Positions 1-13,711 of a stretch of 64,000 nucleotides of DNA are shown here, piece by piece. The DNA is from Eledone cirrhosa (Eukaryota). The position numbers and the translations under genes were made by a program. Under the pieces are notes generated by a model. It was not told the DNA's origin and made no database searches. It saw only the letters and a program-made list of their open reading frames with translations. Each line of letters begins with the position of its first letter. Positions within the stretch are counted from its first letter, which is position 1. Where the stretch lies: NCBI GenBank assembly GCA_964016885.1, contig OZ024755.1, positions 37,882,001 through 37,946,000 on the forward strand. Direction: 5' to 3'.

Positions 1-314
1 AGTGCATCCCTGGCATTCGCAGTCCCGGTTAATTGCGTAATTTTCATAATTAATAATTATTCGGGAAAACTAACGCATATTTGTGAAATCATAAATGTCT
101 TCAGCGGTTTTTTAATGGCTTTTTTCGTGGCAATTTATATTTTTTCACGCTTTTTAACGCTAAATTATTAATACCAACATACCGTATTTGGCGGTCTATA
201 TTTTATCATTTGACATTTATAGGCATTTTTATGGACCACGTCCATAATTTGCTGTTACGTCCAATATCCGCACGTACTCTAGGAATGCAATCCCCGCGAA
301 TCCTGGGGGACAAC

Positions 315-316
<2 letters not shown>
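1..316. mobile_element. End of a pogo/Tigger-like DNA transposon or MITE (cut by window start)
   Basis: Terminus reads CAGTTGTCCCCCAGGATTCGCGGGG on the minus strand (292-316), resembling Tigger-type TIRs; the other TIR is outside the window. Confidence 0.5.
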
Positions 317-385
<69 letters not shown>

Positions 386-857
386 GGAGGCACACGGCTT
401 AGTGATTAGAGCATTGGCCTTGCAATCGAAAGGTTGTGAGTTCAATTCTCAGACCGGGTGATGTGTTGTTTCCTTGAGCAAGACACTTTATTTCACATTG
501 CTCCAGTTTACTCAGCTGTAGAAATGAGATGATAAGGACCCCAGTCCATATCATTCCACTGCAAAGTGGTCGTGTAGGTGCCACGGCAAAAAAGCCTCCA
601 GCACTCACTGTAAATGAGGTTGGTGTTAGGAAGGGCATCCAGCTGTAGAAATGAGATGATAGCGACTGGGGTCCCTATCATTCCACTGCAAAGTGGTCGT
701 GGAGGTGCCACGGCAAAAAAGCCTCCAGCACTCACTGTAAATGAGGTTGGTGTTAGGAAGGGCATCCAGCTGTAGAAATCAAGCCAGAATCAGTTCCCGT
801 CCCACCCTTGCAAGCAGGGAAAAAGCGGACGTAAAATGAAATGATGATGATGATGAT
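386..857 (+). mobile_element. tRNA-derived CORE-type SINE with RTE-like 3' tail and a 126-bp internal duplication
   Basis: A-box-like GGCTTAGTGATTAG and B-box GAGTTCAATTC; CCTTGAGCAAGACACTT...CAGTTTACTCAGCTGTAGAAATG resembles the MIR CORE domain; the 3' part (GTTGGTGTTAGGAAGGGCATCCAGCTGTAGAAATCAAGCCAGA) matches the RTE 3' UTR near 43130-43200; ends in (GAT)n. Confidence 0.85.
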
Positions 858-1618
858 ATGTATAAATATATATATATTTACCTGTTTCTATTTGTCATTG
901 TTGTACTTATATATTATATGGCTACATACATCTAGTCAATATACATTCATTGTGTCACCCATTTTTGAATTAATGTCCGCTTTCCCTACTAGCAAAGGTT
1001 GACTAATAGTGTGTTTGTATTGTGTTTATCTGGTTTAAAATAAGTACACTACATCTGTGTGTGCTGTAAGGGGCTTCTGAAAAGTGAAGCACTAAGAGGG
1101 GCATCCGTCCATTCATAAATCATTGCTTCAAAAAGGACTCTATAATGAACATGAAGCTTTTGATGGGCCTGCAAAGAAAATCCCCTGCTTTGGAAGGGAA
1201 ACCAACTATGCTCATATAGTACAAATGAGCATCTCCTGCTGATGTTTTATTTTCACTATATGCAAATGAAAATGGTGTGTGTGTGTGTGTGTGTGTGTGT
1301 ACACAAGACAGCCACAGGTAAAATGTTTAATAAACATACAGGCATTCACAGAGAAAAGCAAAGAAAGAACTGAAACATGACTTGACAATTTTTGTCTGGA
1401 AATCCTTTCTAATTTACATCCATATCAACATGACAGAATAGTAAATTGTGATTTGCCTTATGAATGAAATATACCCTAAATTTAAGAATGAAAGATATGT
1501 GACCCCAGTATAGTTACTACACTGTACCATACTATTAATTTCATTGAGTACATAGGTACTGTGAACTGAAAGGAGATTAAATTAAGATACAATTTATTAA
1601 TGAAATATTAAATCTAGT

Positions 1619-1859
1619 TTAACCCTTTCATTATCATATTTCTGATGAAAGTACTGCTTATAATTTTCAAATAATTTTGAAAATTTGGAAGGATTTAGTA
1701 ATATCTAACTTCTTTGTTATTTACCTGGTGTTTGGAGCAAACAGGTTTTTACATAAATGATGGAAAGTTTTCAGATAAATATTAAACACTTTAAAACAAA
1801 CAGCTTTGTATCATAGAACCAAGGGTCGTTTCAGATGTTTTGGTATCAAAAGGATTGAA
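1619..1859. mobile_element. piggyBac-like MITE (family B), decayed
   Basis: TTAA|CCCTTT start and ...GGTATCAAAAGGATTGAA end; related pieces at about 51117-51319 (ends AAAAGGG|TTAA), 3040-3465 and 55209-57390. Confidence 0.5.
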
Positions 1860-2525
1860 CATACTATGAATTGGCACAGTTAAGCATTAGACTAAATGTT
1901 TTGTAGTGTTTCTTCCAGTTCTCTATGCTATGAGTTTAAACCCTGCTGAGGTCAGCTTTGCCTTTCATCCTTTCAGGGTCTATAAAGTATCTGTTCACCT
2001 GCAATGGATTAACAGCATTTGATCCAGTGTTGTGTATTCTGTGCTCAAATCCTACTGCCTAACACTGGAAAATTGTGACTGCTATGATTTATGATTGACA
2101 GTATCAACAATGGAAATAATGTTTTCATGGTTCAATCTACTAGAGGCACCCAAGGCCCAGGTGGTGCTCTTAAACTGGGCATGAAAGTCTACTATTCAAT
2201 AACAGGAACGGTCATTCCAATGAATTTTCAGTTTCCATCTACCAAACTTTACTCACAAGGTTGAAGACACTAGGTGCTGTGCAGTGGGTTTAATCACACA
2301 ACCATAACTGCACCTTATTTAGCACCCCTTCCCTAAAAAAGTGCACTATTTATTGCGAAACAGACTTTTATAGAAAATACTGTATATAGTTTTTTTTCAG
2401 AACATATTTTATAATTTCCTTTAAAACTTTTTAAATTTATAATATTGTAAAAAAACTTTGTGGTATTTACTGATTTCTTCATTAAGTAATGTTAGCTTTA
2501 ATGGTGAATCAGATCTTGATAATTA

Positions 2526-2825
2526 ATTGTTTCTATTTTTGGCACAAGGCCAGCAATTGTCCAGTACATTACTGGTACTTTATTTTATCTACCCTGTAAC
2601 GATGAAAGGCAATTAACCTCAGCGGGATTTTAACTCATAGTTTCTACTTTTGGCACAAGGCCAGCGATTACCCAAGTGCACCACTGGTACTTTATTTTAT
2701 CGACTTCGTAAGGATGAAAGGCAAAGTTAACCTCGGCAGATTTGAACTCAGAACGCAAAGGGCCATAACTATGCTGCAAAACATGGTGTCTGACGCTCTA
2801 CCGATACTGCCAAACCACCGCGCCA
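2526..2825 (-). mobile_element. Two tandem Nin/Deu-domain-like tRNA SINE copies
   Basis: Matches the family consensus (GAGTTCAAATCCCGCCGAGGTTAACTTTGCCTTTCATCCTTACGGGGTCGATAAAATAAAGTACCAG...GGCCTTGTGCCAAAAGTAGAAAC) seen many times in the window. Confidence 0.8.
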
Positions 2826-3879
2826 GGTAGTTTGAGTTTAATATAATGAGCTACGTGTGTGTGTGGTGTGGTGTAGTGTGGTGTGTGTGTGTGGTGTAGT
2901 GTAGTGTGTGTGGTGTGGTGTGTGCTGTGTGGTGTAGTGTAGTGTGTGTGGTGTGGTGTGTGCTGTGTGGTGTAGTGTAGTGTGTGTGGTGGTTTTGTGT
3001 GTGGTGTATGTGGTGTGCTGTGTGTGTTAGTGTGTAATACTTTTGTTACAAAATATACTCAGTTCTTCGAAACTTATTTGTTTTAAAGTGTTTATCTGGG
3101 AATCTTTCATTATAATTTTATGTAAGAACCTTTGTCATGTACCAAACACCCAAACACATCATAATGAGAAAGTTATTCCCTCCAAATTCTTGATTAGGAA
3201 AATTCTTGAAAATGATTTGAAAAGGCAGTGTCTTTCATTAGAAATTTCCTATTGAGAAGTTTAAAATGTTTATATTTATCTAAAAATTTTCCATCAAAAT
3301 TTTATGTAAGAACTTTTGTTAAGTTATGCTCCAAACATTAGCTTAATAATGACAATGCTAGTTATATTACTAATTGTCTTCTAAATTATTGATTATTTCT
3401 AAAATTGTTTGAGAAATCACAGGCAGACTCTTTTCATTAGTTATCTAGTAACGGAAGTGTTAATTAGTCTAAATATTCAGTGTGAAATATTTTCTTGGTC
3501 AATTTAGTTAATATTTGATAATTCTGTCTGTTTAGAATGGTGCTAATTACAGTGGAGAGAAACTGAAGTTAGACTCTAGGAAATATTACAGGGAGCAGGG
3601 GAGTAAATATTGTATCAGTTGTTGAAACTAATTGACTAAGTTCTCTATTAATGTGGAAAATGTCTTGAGAAATCCAAGATTTATTGAGAAAATATCTACT
3701 ATTTGGCAGAATTACAAGTATATATTGCAGGTAATGAATTCAAGTTGGATGGAAGTCAGGGAGAGGAAAGGGTGAACAAGAGAGAGGGGAAGTGTGTGGG
3801 AGAGGAAGGGGTGAACAAGTGAGAGAGAGAGGAAGTGTGTGGGAGTGAGAAAGGGAGGGGAAGAGTGGGAAAGAAATAG

Positions 3880-4335
3880 TGAAAGTGAGCAAGAGAGAGT
3901 GAGGGGAAGCAAGAGAGAGTGAGATGAAGCAAGACTGAGAGTGAGGAAGTGAGAGAGAGTGAGATGAAGCAAGACTGAGAGTGAGGAAGTGAGAGAGAGT
4001 GAGATGAAGCAAGACTGAGAGAGAGGAAGCAAGAGTGAGAGAGAGTGAGATGAAGCAAGACTGAGAGAGAGTGAGATGAAGCAAGAGTGAGAGAGATGAA
4101 GCAAGAGTGAGAGAGATGAAGCAAGAGTGAGAGAGATGAAGCAAGAGTGAGAGAGATGAAGCAAGAGTGAGAGAGATGAAGCAAGACTGAGAGAGATGAA
4201 GCAAGACTGAGAGAGATGAAGCAAGACTGAGTGAGATGAAGCAAGACTGAGTGAGATGAAGCAAGACTGAGTGAGATGAAGCAAGACTGAGTGAGATGAA
4301 GCAAGAGTGAGTGAGATGAAGCAAGAGTGAGAGGG
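3880..4335. repeat. Purine-rich 20-bp minisatellite (GAGAGATGAAGCAAGAGTGA)n
   Basis: Direct 20-bp periodicity at 4070-4330 with degenerate flanks. Confidence 0.9.
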
Positions 4336-5581
4336 GGAAGCGGGAGAGAGCAAGAGAGAATAAGATGAAGTGAGAGAGAGAGAGAGAGATAAACCAGCTC
4401 TGTTTTTGTCCTTTCCGAGATTGTTTCAGCAGAATCTGATATTTGTTAAATTGAAAGTACAATGAATCTATTCTATTTAATGGAAGCTACTGCTGCTGCC
4501 TTCTCTAACCTTTCGTTGGTGGTCATAGTTGTTGGCTGATCTAGCTGATATTGACTGAGCCAAATATCTTAACCTTCCAGGTCAGACATATAATAGAATA
4601 TTCCTCCAGATGTAAACGTCTCATCACTCTTGTTTACTAATAATTGTTTAACCTGGTATAATTCCAACGTAGAATCTCACACCTCAGCAGGTGTAACTGA
4701 TCTTATGCAAGGTTGTATCATCATTATCATCATTTCATGTCCACTTTTCCCTGTTTGCAAGAGTGGGACAGGTCCTATTCAGCACAGCATCTCTCCTCCG
4801 TGAGCTTCAGCGATCTGAGGTCAGCTCTCATCACCTCCGCTCATGTTTTTGTGGTCTTCTACTGCGTCTTCCATCTACTAGGATTTCTTGGCACTTCTTT
4901 ACCCAGCGGTCATCTTCCATGTGCATCACATGTCCATACCATCACAGTCTCCTCTCCCACACACTACAGCCTATCCCTCTTATACACAAGGATAGGCTGT
5001 ATCTCATATGTTTTTGTGATAGGGGTCCAAGCAACACAAAATAAAGCATCTTACTCACTGGTGTTTAAACTTTATCTTAAAGAACCTTGGTACTCAAAGA
5101 AATGTTATTTTTTCAGTTCACACCCATGTATGTTTATTCAGCTTTTTACAAGGTTGCATCTCATTGGGGTCTTCTTAGGTGTTTTAACGATTGCGAGGGA
5201 AGGCAGTCCTCCTGTCATTTTAAAAATTAAAATCATTCTGATCACACTGTATGCTGATCAATCTTGGAACAATTGTAATCTCTGAATAAAGTTTGTATAT
5301 GATGCAACCTTAAGATTTTGCCCCTACTTACTTTTATTTACACTCTTCCGGTTACAGCTGCGCTTAACCCTTAGGAACACGGAAATATAAACTCTACTGG
5401 TGACACACCTACCAAGTGGTAATTACTACACACTAAAGTTTGCTGAAGAAACCACATCTTTCTTAAAACAAGAACCAAAAACTGCTTACAAATAAAAAAA
5501 AAAATTACAATTTATCAACTTTTGTATACTAAAAACAACAAAGAAAAAACGAGAAAAAAAAAAGAGAAAGTGAAATAGTGA

Positions 5582-5901
5582 AAGTAAGGTAAAGTAGGGG
5601 TCAGGTTGTACACCCCAGTCTGGATGGTATTTCTCAGTTGCACCTTGTGGACAAAATGGTAATGACATTGCCACAGAGTACAGACATTGTCACCTACTTC
5701 ACAGGGCTTCCTTGTGTAGAATGTACTCCTGATTTTGTGGCAGAAAATGGCTTTGGGGGACCAGAGACACCGGAGGTCTCAATGGTGACACAAACAGGAA
5801 GTGGTGGGTCAGATATTACATATTCTAAATATTATTTATTTCATCCCTAAAACAATGGGTTATGTACTAGTTTAAAAAATAAATACTAAAACCTTATTTT
5901 T
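5582..5901. repeat. Local ~320-bp direct duplication, copy 1 (copy 2 at 8153-8472)
   Basis: Copies are near-identical; I see one substitution (TAAAT versus TAAAG). Confidence 0.9.
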
Positions 5902-6134
5902 ATTTCTTAACATAAAATTTGTAATATTAAGTATCTAATTTTCCATTGTTTTCTTTTTCTTCATTATAGCAAAACCCAAATAGGAAGATTTTACAAAGGA
6001 AGGGTATTTTTTAATTGAAAACAAAACAAGGAAAATAGTTGGTCTTTTACCTTATGATGCCGAGAAACTGAAGGGGATACCATACGCGAGTAAAACTTAC
6101 TGATATTCAGGTAACTATGTCTTCTCTTCTAATA

Positions 6135-7890
6135 TACACACACAACTTATATACACAGACATAACTTATATATACAGACACAACTTATATATACAGACAT
6201 AACTTATATATACACATGTATCACTTATATATACAGGTATCACTTATATATACAGACATAACTTATATATACAGGTATCACTTATATATACAGACATAAC
6301 TTATATATGCAGACATAACTTATATATACAGGTATTACTTATATATACAGACATAACTTATATATACAGGTATCACTTATATATACAGGTATCACTTATA
6401 TATACAGACATAACTTATATATACAGACATAACTTATATATACAGGTATTACTTATATATACAGGTATCACTTATATATACAGACATAACTTATATATAC
6501 AGACATAACTTATATATACAGACATAACTTATATATACAGACATAACTTATATATACAGGTATTACTTATATATACAGGTATCACTTATATACACAGACA
6601 TAACTTATATATACAGACATAACTTATATATACAGGTATCACTTATATATACAGGTATTACTTATATATACAGGTATTACTTATATATACAGGTATCACT
6701 TATATATACAGACATAACATATATATAGACATAACTTATATATACAGACATAACTTATATACACAGACATAACTTATATATACAGACACAACTTATATAT
6801 ACAGACATAACTTATATATACACATGTATCACTTATATATACAGGTATCACTTATATATACAGACATAACTTATATATACAGGTATCACTTATATATACA
6901 GACATAACTTATATATGCAGACATAACTTATATATACAGGTATTACTTATATATACAGACATAACTTATATATACAGACATAACTTATATATACAGGTAT
7001 CACTTATATATACAGACATAACTTATATATACAGACATAACTTATATATACAGGTATTACTTATATATACAGGTATCACTTATATATACAGACATAACTT
7101 ATATATACAGACATAACTTATATATACAGACATAACTTATATATACAGGTATTACTTATATATACAGGTATCACTTATATACACAGACATAACTTATATA
7201 TACAGACATAACTTATATATACAGGTATCACTTATATATACAGGTATTACTTATATATACAGGTATTACTTATATATACAGGTATCACTTATATATACAG
7301 ACATAACATATATATAGACATAACTTATATATACAGACATAACTTATATACACAGACATAACTTATATATACAGACATAACTTATATATACAGGTATCAC
7401 TTATATATACAGACATAACTTATATATACAGACATAACTTATATATACAGACATAACTTATATATACAGGTATTACTTATATATACAGGTATTACTTATA
7501 TATACAGGTGTTACTTATATATACAGGTATTACTTATATATACAGGTATCACTTATATATACAGGTATTCCTTATATATACAGGTATCACTTATATATAC
7601 AGACATAACATATATATACAGGTATTACTTATATATACAGACATAACTTGTATATACAGGTATCACTTATATATACAGACATAACTTGTATATACAGGTA
7701 TCACTTATATATACAGGTATTACTTATATATACAGACATAACATATATATACAGGTATTATATATACAGACATAACATATATATACAGGTATCACTTATA
7801 TATACAGACATAACATATATATACAGGTATTACTTATATATACAGGTGTCACTTTATATAGCAATATCACTTATATACACAGGCATCAGT
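6135..7890. repeat. 19-bp satellite (ACAGACATAACTTATATAT / ACAGGTATCACTTATATAT variants)
   Basis: Tandem 19-mers of two main variant types; rare variants recur about 600 bp apart. Confidence 0.95.
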
Positions 7891-8152
7891 TATATAAACA
7901 TCTTGTTCTCCGGCTGTCAATGTGTAACTAGTTTTTTATGTTGCTATAAATTTGTTGAGTTGGGTTTCTGCACTCTGGAGTTGAAATATTGCTGGAGCTC
8001 TGTGCCACGAGAATACACTTAGGGTAGTCTAGAGAGAGTGTATGTAATTGAAATACAGCTCCTAGCCCAACTGAGGGGTCTGTAGCTCTGATTAAGTCTG
8101 TAATGGCCCATCTTACTCTTGTTAGCAGGGAGAATGGGCATTAAATGATGAT

Positions 8153-8483
8153 AAGTAAGGTAAAGTAGGGGTCAGGTTGTACACCCCAGTCTGGATGGTA
8201 TTTCTCAGTTGCACCTTGTGGACAAAATGGTAATGACATTGCCACAGAGTACAGACATTGTCACCTACTTCACAGGGCTTCCTTGTGTAGAATGTACTCC
8301 TGATTTTGTGGCAGAAAATGGCTTTGGGGGACCAGAGACACCGGAGGTCTCAATGGTGACACAAACAGGAAGTGGTGGGTCAGATATTACATATTCTAAA
8401 GATTATTTATTTCATCCCTAAAACAATGGGTTATGTACTAGTTTAAAAAATAAATACTAAAACCTTATTTTTGAAGGGGATAC
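8153..8483. repeat. Local direct duplication, copy 2
   Basis: Matches 5582-5901, then jumps to GAAGGGGATAC matching 6070-6080. Confidence 0.9.
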
Positions 8484-8809
8484 ATGTAAGAAGTGTTTAA
8501 TTTTAACCATTCATATATGTACCATCATCATCATCACCATTTAGAATGTGTGCACTTGCTTCTGTGTACACAGTTTTTTTTTTCAAAGACAAAACATGAT
8601 TCACAAAACCAAAATAAAAATATCTTAGAGCGTCTCTAAATAACTTGCAACTTTTTATATGTGTGCGTGTGTAAACATGTGATTAGAAAATGGCAGTGGA
8701 ATTTGATATATATTTTGATTACAGAAAATATGGTGAAGTTACTAATTGAATACAATTTATATATATATATATATATATATATGATGATAATTATATATGT
8801 ATATATGAT

Positions 8810-9332
8810 CAAAATTGATGACCCAGAAAAACCTGAGGCGATTTGATAAATTCCAACTTTACACACCTCTCTAAGACAATGTCACTGGACCGAGATCTTT
8901 GGCGCCACGCAGTAATACAGAAGACCCGTCTTCCCTATGTACAAAGCGAAACCTACAGTCAGTAGGCACCTCTTAACCAAACATACACCCCAACCCACTA
9001 CCCCTACTCCACCCTCCCACCAACACCACCCTCTCTCTGTAAAGTTGTGTTGGTACCACAATATCCAGTCCCAACTAAAGAGGTTGTGTAGGTGTCACAA
9101 CAAAAAGACACACCGTCCACGCTGTAATGTGGCCGTGTAGGTAACACGGTAAAAACCTCCCAGTCCACACTGTAAATGTTGTTGGTGTTAGGAAGGGCAT
9201 CCAGCCGTAGAAAACCTGCCAGACAGTCCTATACGAGAGTGACACGGTCACCCGATCAATCTTGCCTCTAGTGCGACAATTCCCATCTAACCCATGCTAG
9301 CGTGGAAGATAGACGTTAAACGATGATGATGA
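8810..9332 (+). mobile_element. RTE LINE 3' fragment
   Basis: Encodes remnants of RPRKT...LHLSKTMSLDRDLWRH, followed by the RTE 3' UTR and (GAT)n tail. Confidence 0.8.
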
Positions 9333-9416
9333 TATATATATATATATATAACAGATAGTAGAAAGGAAAAAGATTCTTTCAGTAGAAAATGTTAGAGATT
9401 TTTTTCAGTGAGATAT

Positions 9417-9758
9417 CATCATTCATCATTTCATTTTACGTCCGCTTTTTCCCTGCTTGCAAGGGTGGGACGGGAACTGATTCTGGCTTGATTTCTACAG
9501 TTGGATGCCCTTCCTAAACACCAACCTCATTTACAGCGAGTGCTGGGTGCTTTTTTGCTGTGGCACCTCCACAACCACTTTGCAGTGGAATGATAGGGAC
9601 CCCAGTCCCTATCATCTCATTTCTACAGCTGAATAAACTGGAGCAATGTGAAATAAAGTGCCTTGCTCAAGGAAACAACACATCACCCGGTCTGAGAATT
9701 GAACTCACAACCTTTCGATTGCAAGGCCAATGCTCTAACCACTAAGCCATGTGCCTCC
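9417..9758 (-). mobile_element. CORE-type tRNA SINE, full length
   Basis: Reverse complement of the 41345-41677 copy. Confidence 0.85.
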
Positions 9759-9876
9759 ATCAAAACATTAATTTATTTACAATACCAGTTTCAGCATTAA
9801 ATGCATTGTCAATTGTGGATATGCAGAATATTGTTAAGTTGTATATTTGTACAAATAGTGGTAATAGTAATAATTA

Positions 9877-10345
9877 CTGTTTCTACTTTTGGCACAAGGC
9901 CAGCATATCTCAGTGCATTACTGGTACTTTATTTTATCGACCCTGTAAGGATGAAAGGGAAAGTTAACCTCGGAGAGATTTGAACTCAGACCGTAAAGCG
10001 CTGTAACTCTGTCACGAAGCATGTTGTCCGACACTCTACTGATACTGCCAATCCACAACGACCGACATATAAGAGACAATACAATAGACAAGCAGTGCGG
10101 GTTTGTAATAAAATCGAGTAAAAATATATATATACAACAGATAACAATAAACAACAAAATACATAACAATGAAAATTCCCCAATAGGGGGAGTACCAGTC
10201 AATAGTAATAATAATAATTGTTTCTACTTTTGGCACAAGGCCAGCATATTCCAGTGCATTACTGGTACTTTATTTTATCGACCCTGTAAGGATGAAAGGC
10301 AAAGTTAACCTTGGCGGGATTTGAACTCAGACCATAAAGAGTCAT
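9877..10345 (-). mobile_element. Two Nin/Deu-like SINE copies (about 9877-10070 and 10215-10345)
   Basis: Match the family consensus. Confidence 0.8.
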
Positions 10346-10549
10346 TGAAGGAAATGAAAATAAAAAGGGGAAGAGAAAAAAAATTAATTTTCACATACAT
10401 GTTCATTCAGAGAAGTCATTTCTCTGTCCATCCTACTCTGCTATAGGAAATGTATTGTATGATAACGTATTAACCTTCTGTGGGGTAATATAAAACAAAA
10501 ATATATATATACAATATATAAGTGGAACCCATTTCTCCTGCAACAACTA

Positions 10550-11370
10550 CAACGGTACGCAATGGGGCCCACCCACAGCCCCAGCGGACAGAATGGAGAA
10601 GGCATTTCCCTGGAGGATGGCAAGGGAGACGCACTGAAAGAGCCACTCCAACTCGCGGGGCTCACACCTAGGCTGGCCAGCTCAGCCCCTATGGTGGTGA
10701 GTAAGGAGGTAGCCCTGGGACCGAGGACACCAGAAGTCTCCATGGCCAGGGGTATGACCGCAAACCTGTCGGAGAGCGACCGGTATTTGAGGAGTTTGGC
10801 CTCCTCAGCCCGACGTGCAGCAGAACCTGGGTCAGTCACAGACTGCACCAGGTTGCGGCTGCAGAAAGTGTCAGTGCAAGTGGCATCCCAGACGAGGGGT
10901 TTGCCACCGCGGAACTAGAAGATGGTCACGCCATCTGGCCATTTGCCGTCCCTTCGATCCAGCCCCACTGGCTCGAGCTGGGAAGGGAAGCCTGCAGCGT
11001 CCAAGCCATGCTTAATGACCTCGTTGAGGGCAGCATGGCGTGGAATGCGGCCAGCACTGTGGTGACAGGAAAGCGAGTGGAGGCCGAAAGAGTCCACGGT
11101 GGAACCGCAGCAACATTGGTGTGGCTGGCAGATCCGGAGGCTGAGCCTCAGGGAGACACTGATGTGATAGCTTGGTTGTGACAGGTAGAAGGATGGAGAA
11201 GAGGGGAGAGGAAGAAAGATGAGTGTTGGCAGGCTGTTGTGTGAAACCCTTTGAGGAGTGGATATAAGTTCCAGCTGGGATTGGTTTGAAAGGCTTGCTG
11301 ACCTTAGAGTTGACCAGTTGGTGATTGCTTCTAAAAATATCTATCTTGGTATTTTTTCTTAGAAGAAATC
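10550..11370 (-). mobile_element. CRE-clade non-LTR retrotransposon 3' fragment (zinc knuckle plus restriction-like endonuclease), decayed
   Basis: Translation [62 protein letters not shown] fits the CCHC/PD-(D/E)xK C-terminus of CRE-like elements; contains a stop and a frameshift. Confidence 0.75.
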
Positions 11371-11406
11371 AACATTGACCTTGTTTTTTTTTTTGCCACA
11401 AAGAAG

Positions 11407-12124
<718 letters not shown>

Positions 12125-12347
12125 ACAATTAAGTTAAAAATGTACATCCACATATGTATACTGAAATACTAGTATGCATATGAATACACACACGTGTACA
12201 TATGTAGATGTACCGAGTTTTTCACTGGACACTTTACTGTGAGTGTCCAGCTATTCTGTATGTAAACACACAGACAAACCGGTTTTTAGAGTCATACTGG
12301 TTTTCGAGGAAACACCTTTCCTCTATTCTCCAGAAAGCCAGACAAGG

Positions 12348-12392
12348 AATATTGGACTAGTTTCGATGTTGTTACATCTCATCAGCAATATT
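12348..12392 (-). ncRNA. Minimal type I hammerhead ribozyme (inverted copy)
   Basis: Exact reverse complement of 12507-12551. Confidence 0.85.
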
Positions 12393-12506
12393 TACCTATC
12401 TTCCGGCCTTTCTAGAGAATCTAGTCTGCCCACTACTAATTTTCATAGAAAAAGCATATAACGATATGTGCTTTTACGATTCTCTAGAAAGGCCGGAAGA
12501 TAGGTA

Positions 12507-12551
12507 AATATTGCTGATGAGATGTAACAACATCGAAACTAGTCCAATATT
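12507..12551 (+). ncRNA. Minimal type I hammerhead ribozyme
   Basis: AATATTG-CTGATGA-GATGT(AACA)ACATC-GAAA-CTAG-TC-CAATATT: intact core, 7-bp stem I, 5-bp stem II, palindromic stem III (ACUAGU); predicted cleavage after C12544. Confidence 0.88.
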
Positions 12552-12843
12552 CCTTGTCTGGCTTTCTGGAGAATAGAGGAAAGGTGTTTCCTCGAAAACC
12601 AGTATGACTCTAAAAACCGGTTTGTCTGTGTGTTTACATACAGAATAGCTGGACACTCACAGTAAAGTGTCCAGTGAAAAACTCGGTACATCTACATATG
12701 TACACGTGTGTGTATTCATATGCATACTAGTATTTCAGTATACATATGTGGATGTACATTTTTAACTTAATTGTTTAAGCGTCAGTCATACAAAAGTGAG
12801 TTACAAACGAAACAAAATTTAATTTCGTTTCGTTATTTGTTTT

Positions 12844-13453
<610 letters not shown>

Positions 13454-13711
13454 GGAAAAAGTATGACCCCGACAAAAAAGTATGACCACTCTACTACCCT
13501 AAGTATTGAGTACTCTGGTGCGTTATGGTCCATCTGGTTCCTTACCACATTTCCTTCATTATATATATATATATATGTGTGTGTGTGAGGAACTTCCGAT
13601 TCCAGTGTCAGGTTCGATCATTCCTTGAGCTGATCGACAGTGAGGCATATGTAATATGTAATTAAATATGCATATGATGTAATGCTGATTATTTGTTCCC
13701 TTATATATATA

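Larger units (their letters stand above)
12125..12843 (+). mobile_element. Fold-back HHR element 1 (Penelope-like/retrozyme-type, non-autonomous)
   Basis: 297-bp inverted arms 12125-12421 and 12478-12774 with no mismatch I could see, 56-bp spacer, ~69-bp 3' extension, (TA)n on both sides, HHR in each arm. Confidence 0.8.

Noticed and set aside
386-460. tRNA gene
   Set aside because: A/B boxes belong to a SINE head; the acceptor and anticodon stems do not pair properly
12566-12610. Second HHR-like hairpin (GAGGAAA-GGTG-TTTCCTC-GAAA) in fold-back element 1
   Set aside because: Upstream CTGGAGA-ATA does not match CUGANGA spacing, and there is no convincing stem I
12243-12656. Two identical short ORFs on opposite strands
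   Set aside because: Consequence of the inverted repeat; GTG start and no recognisable protein
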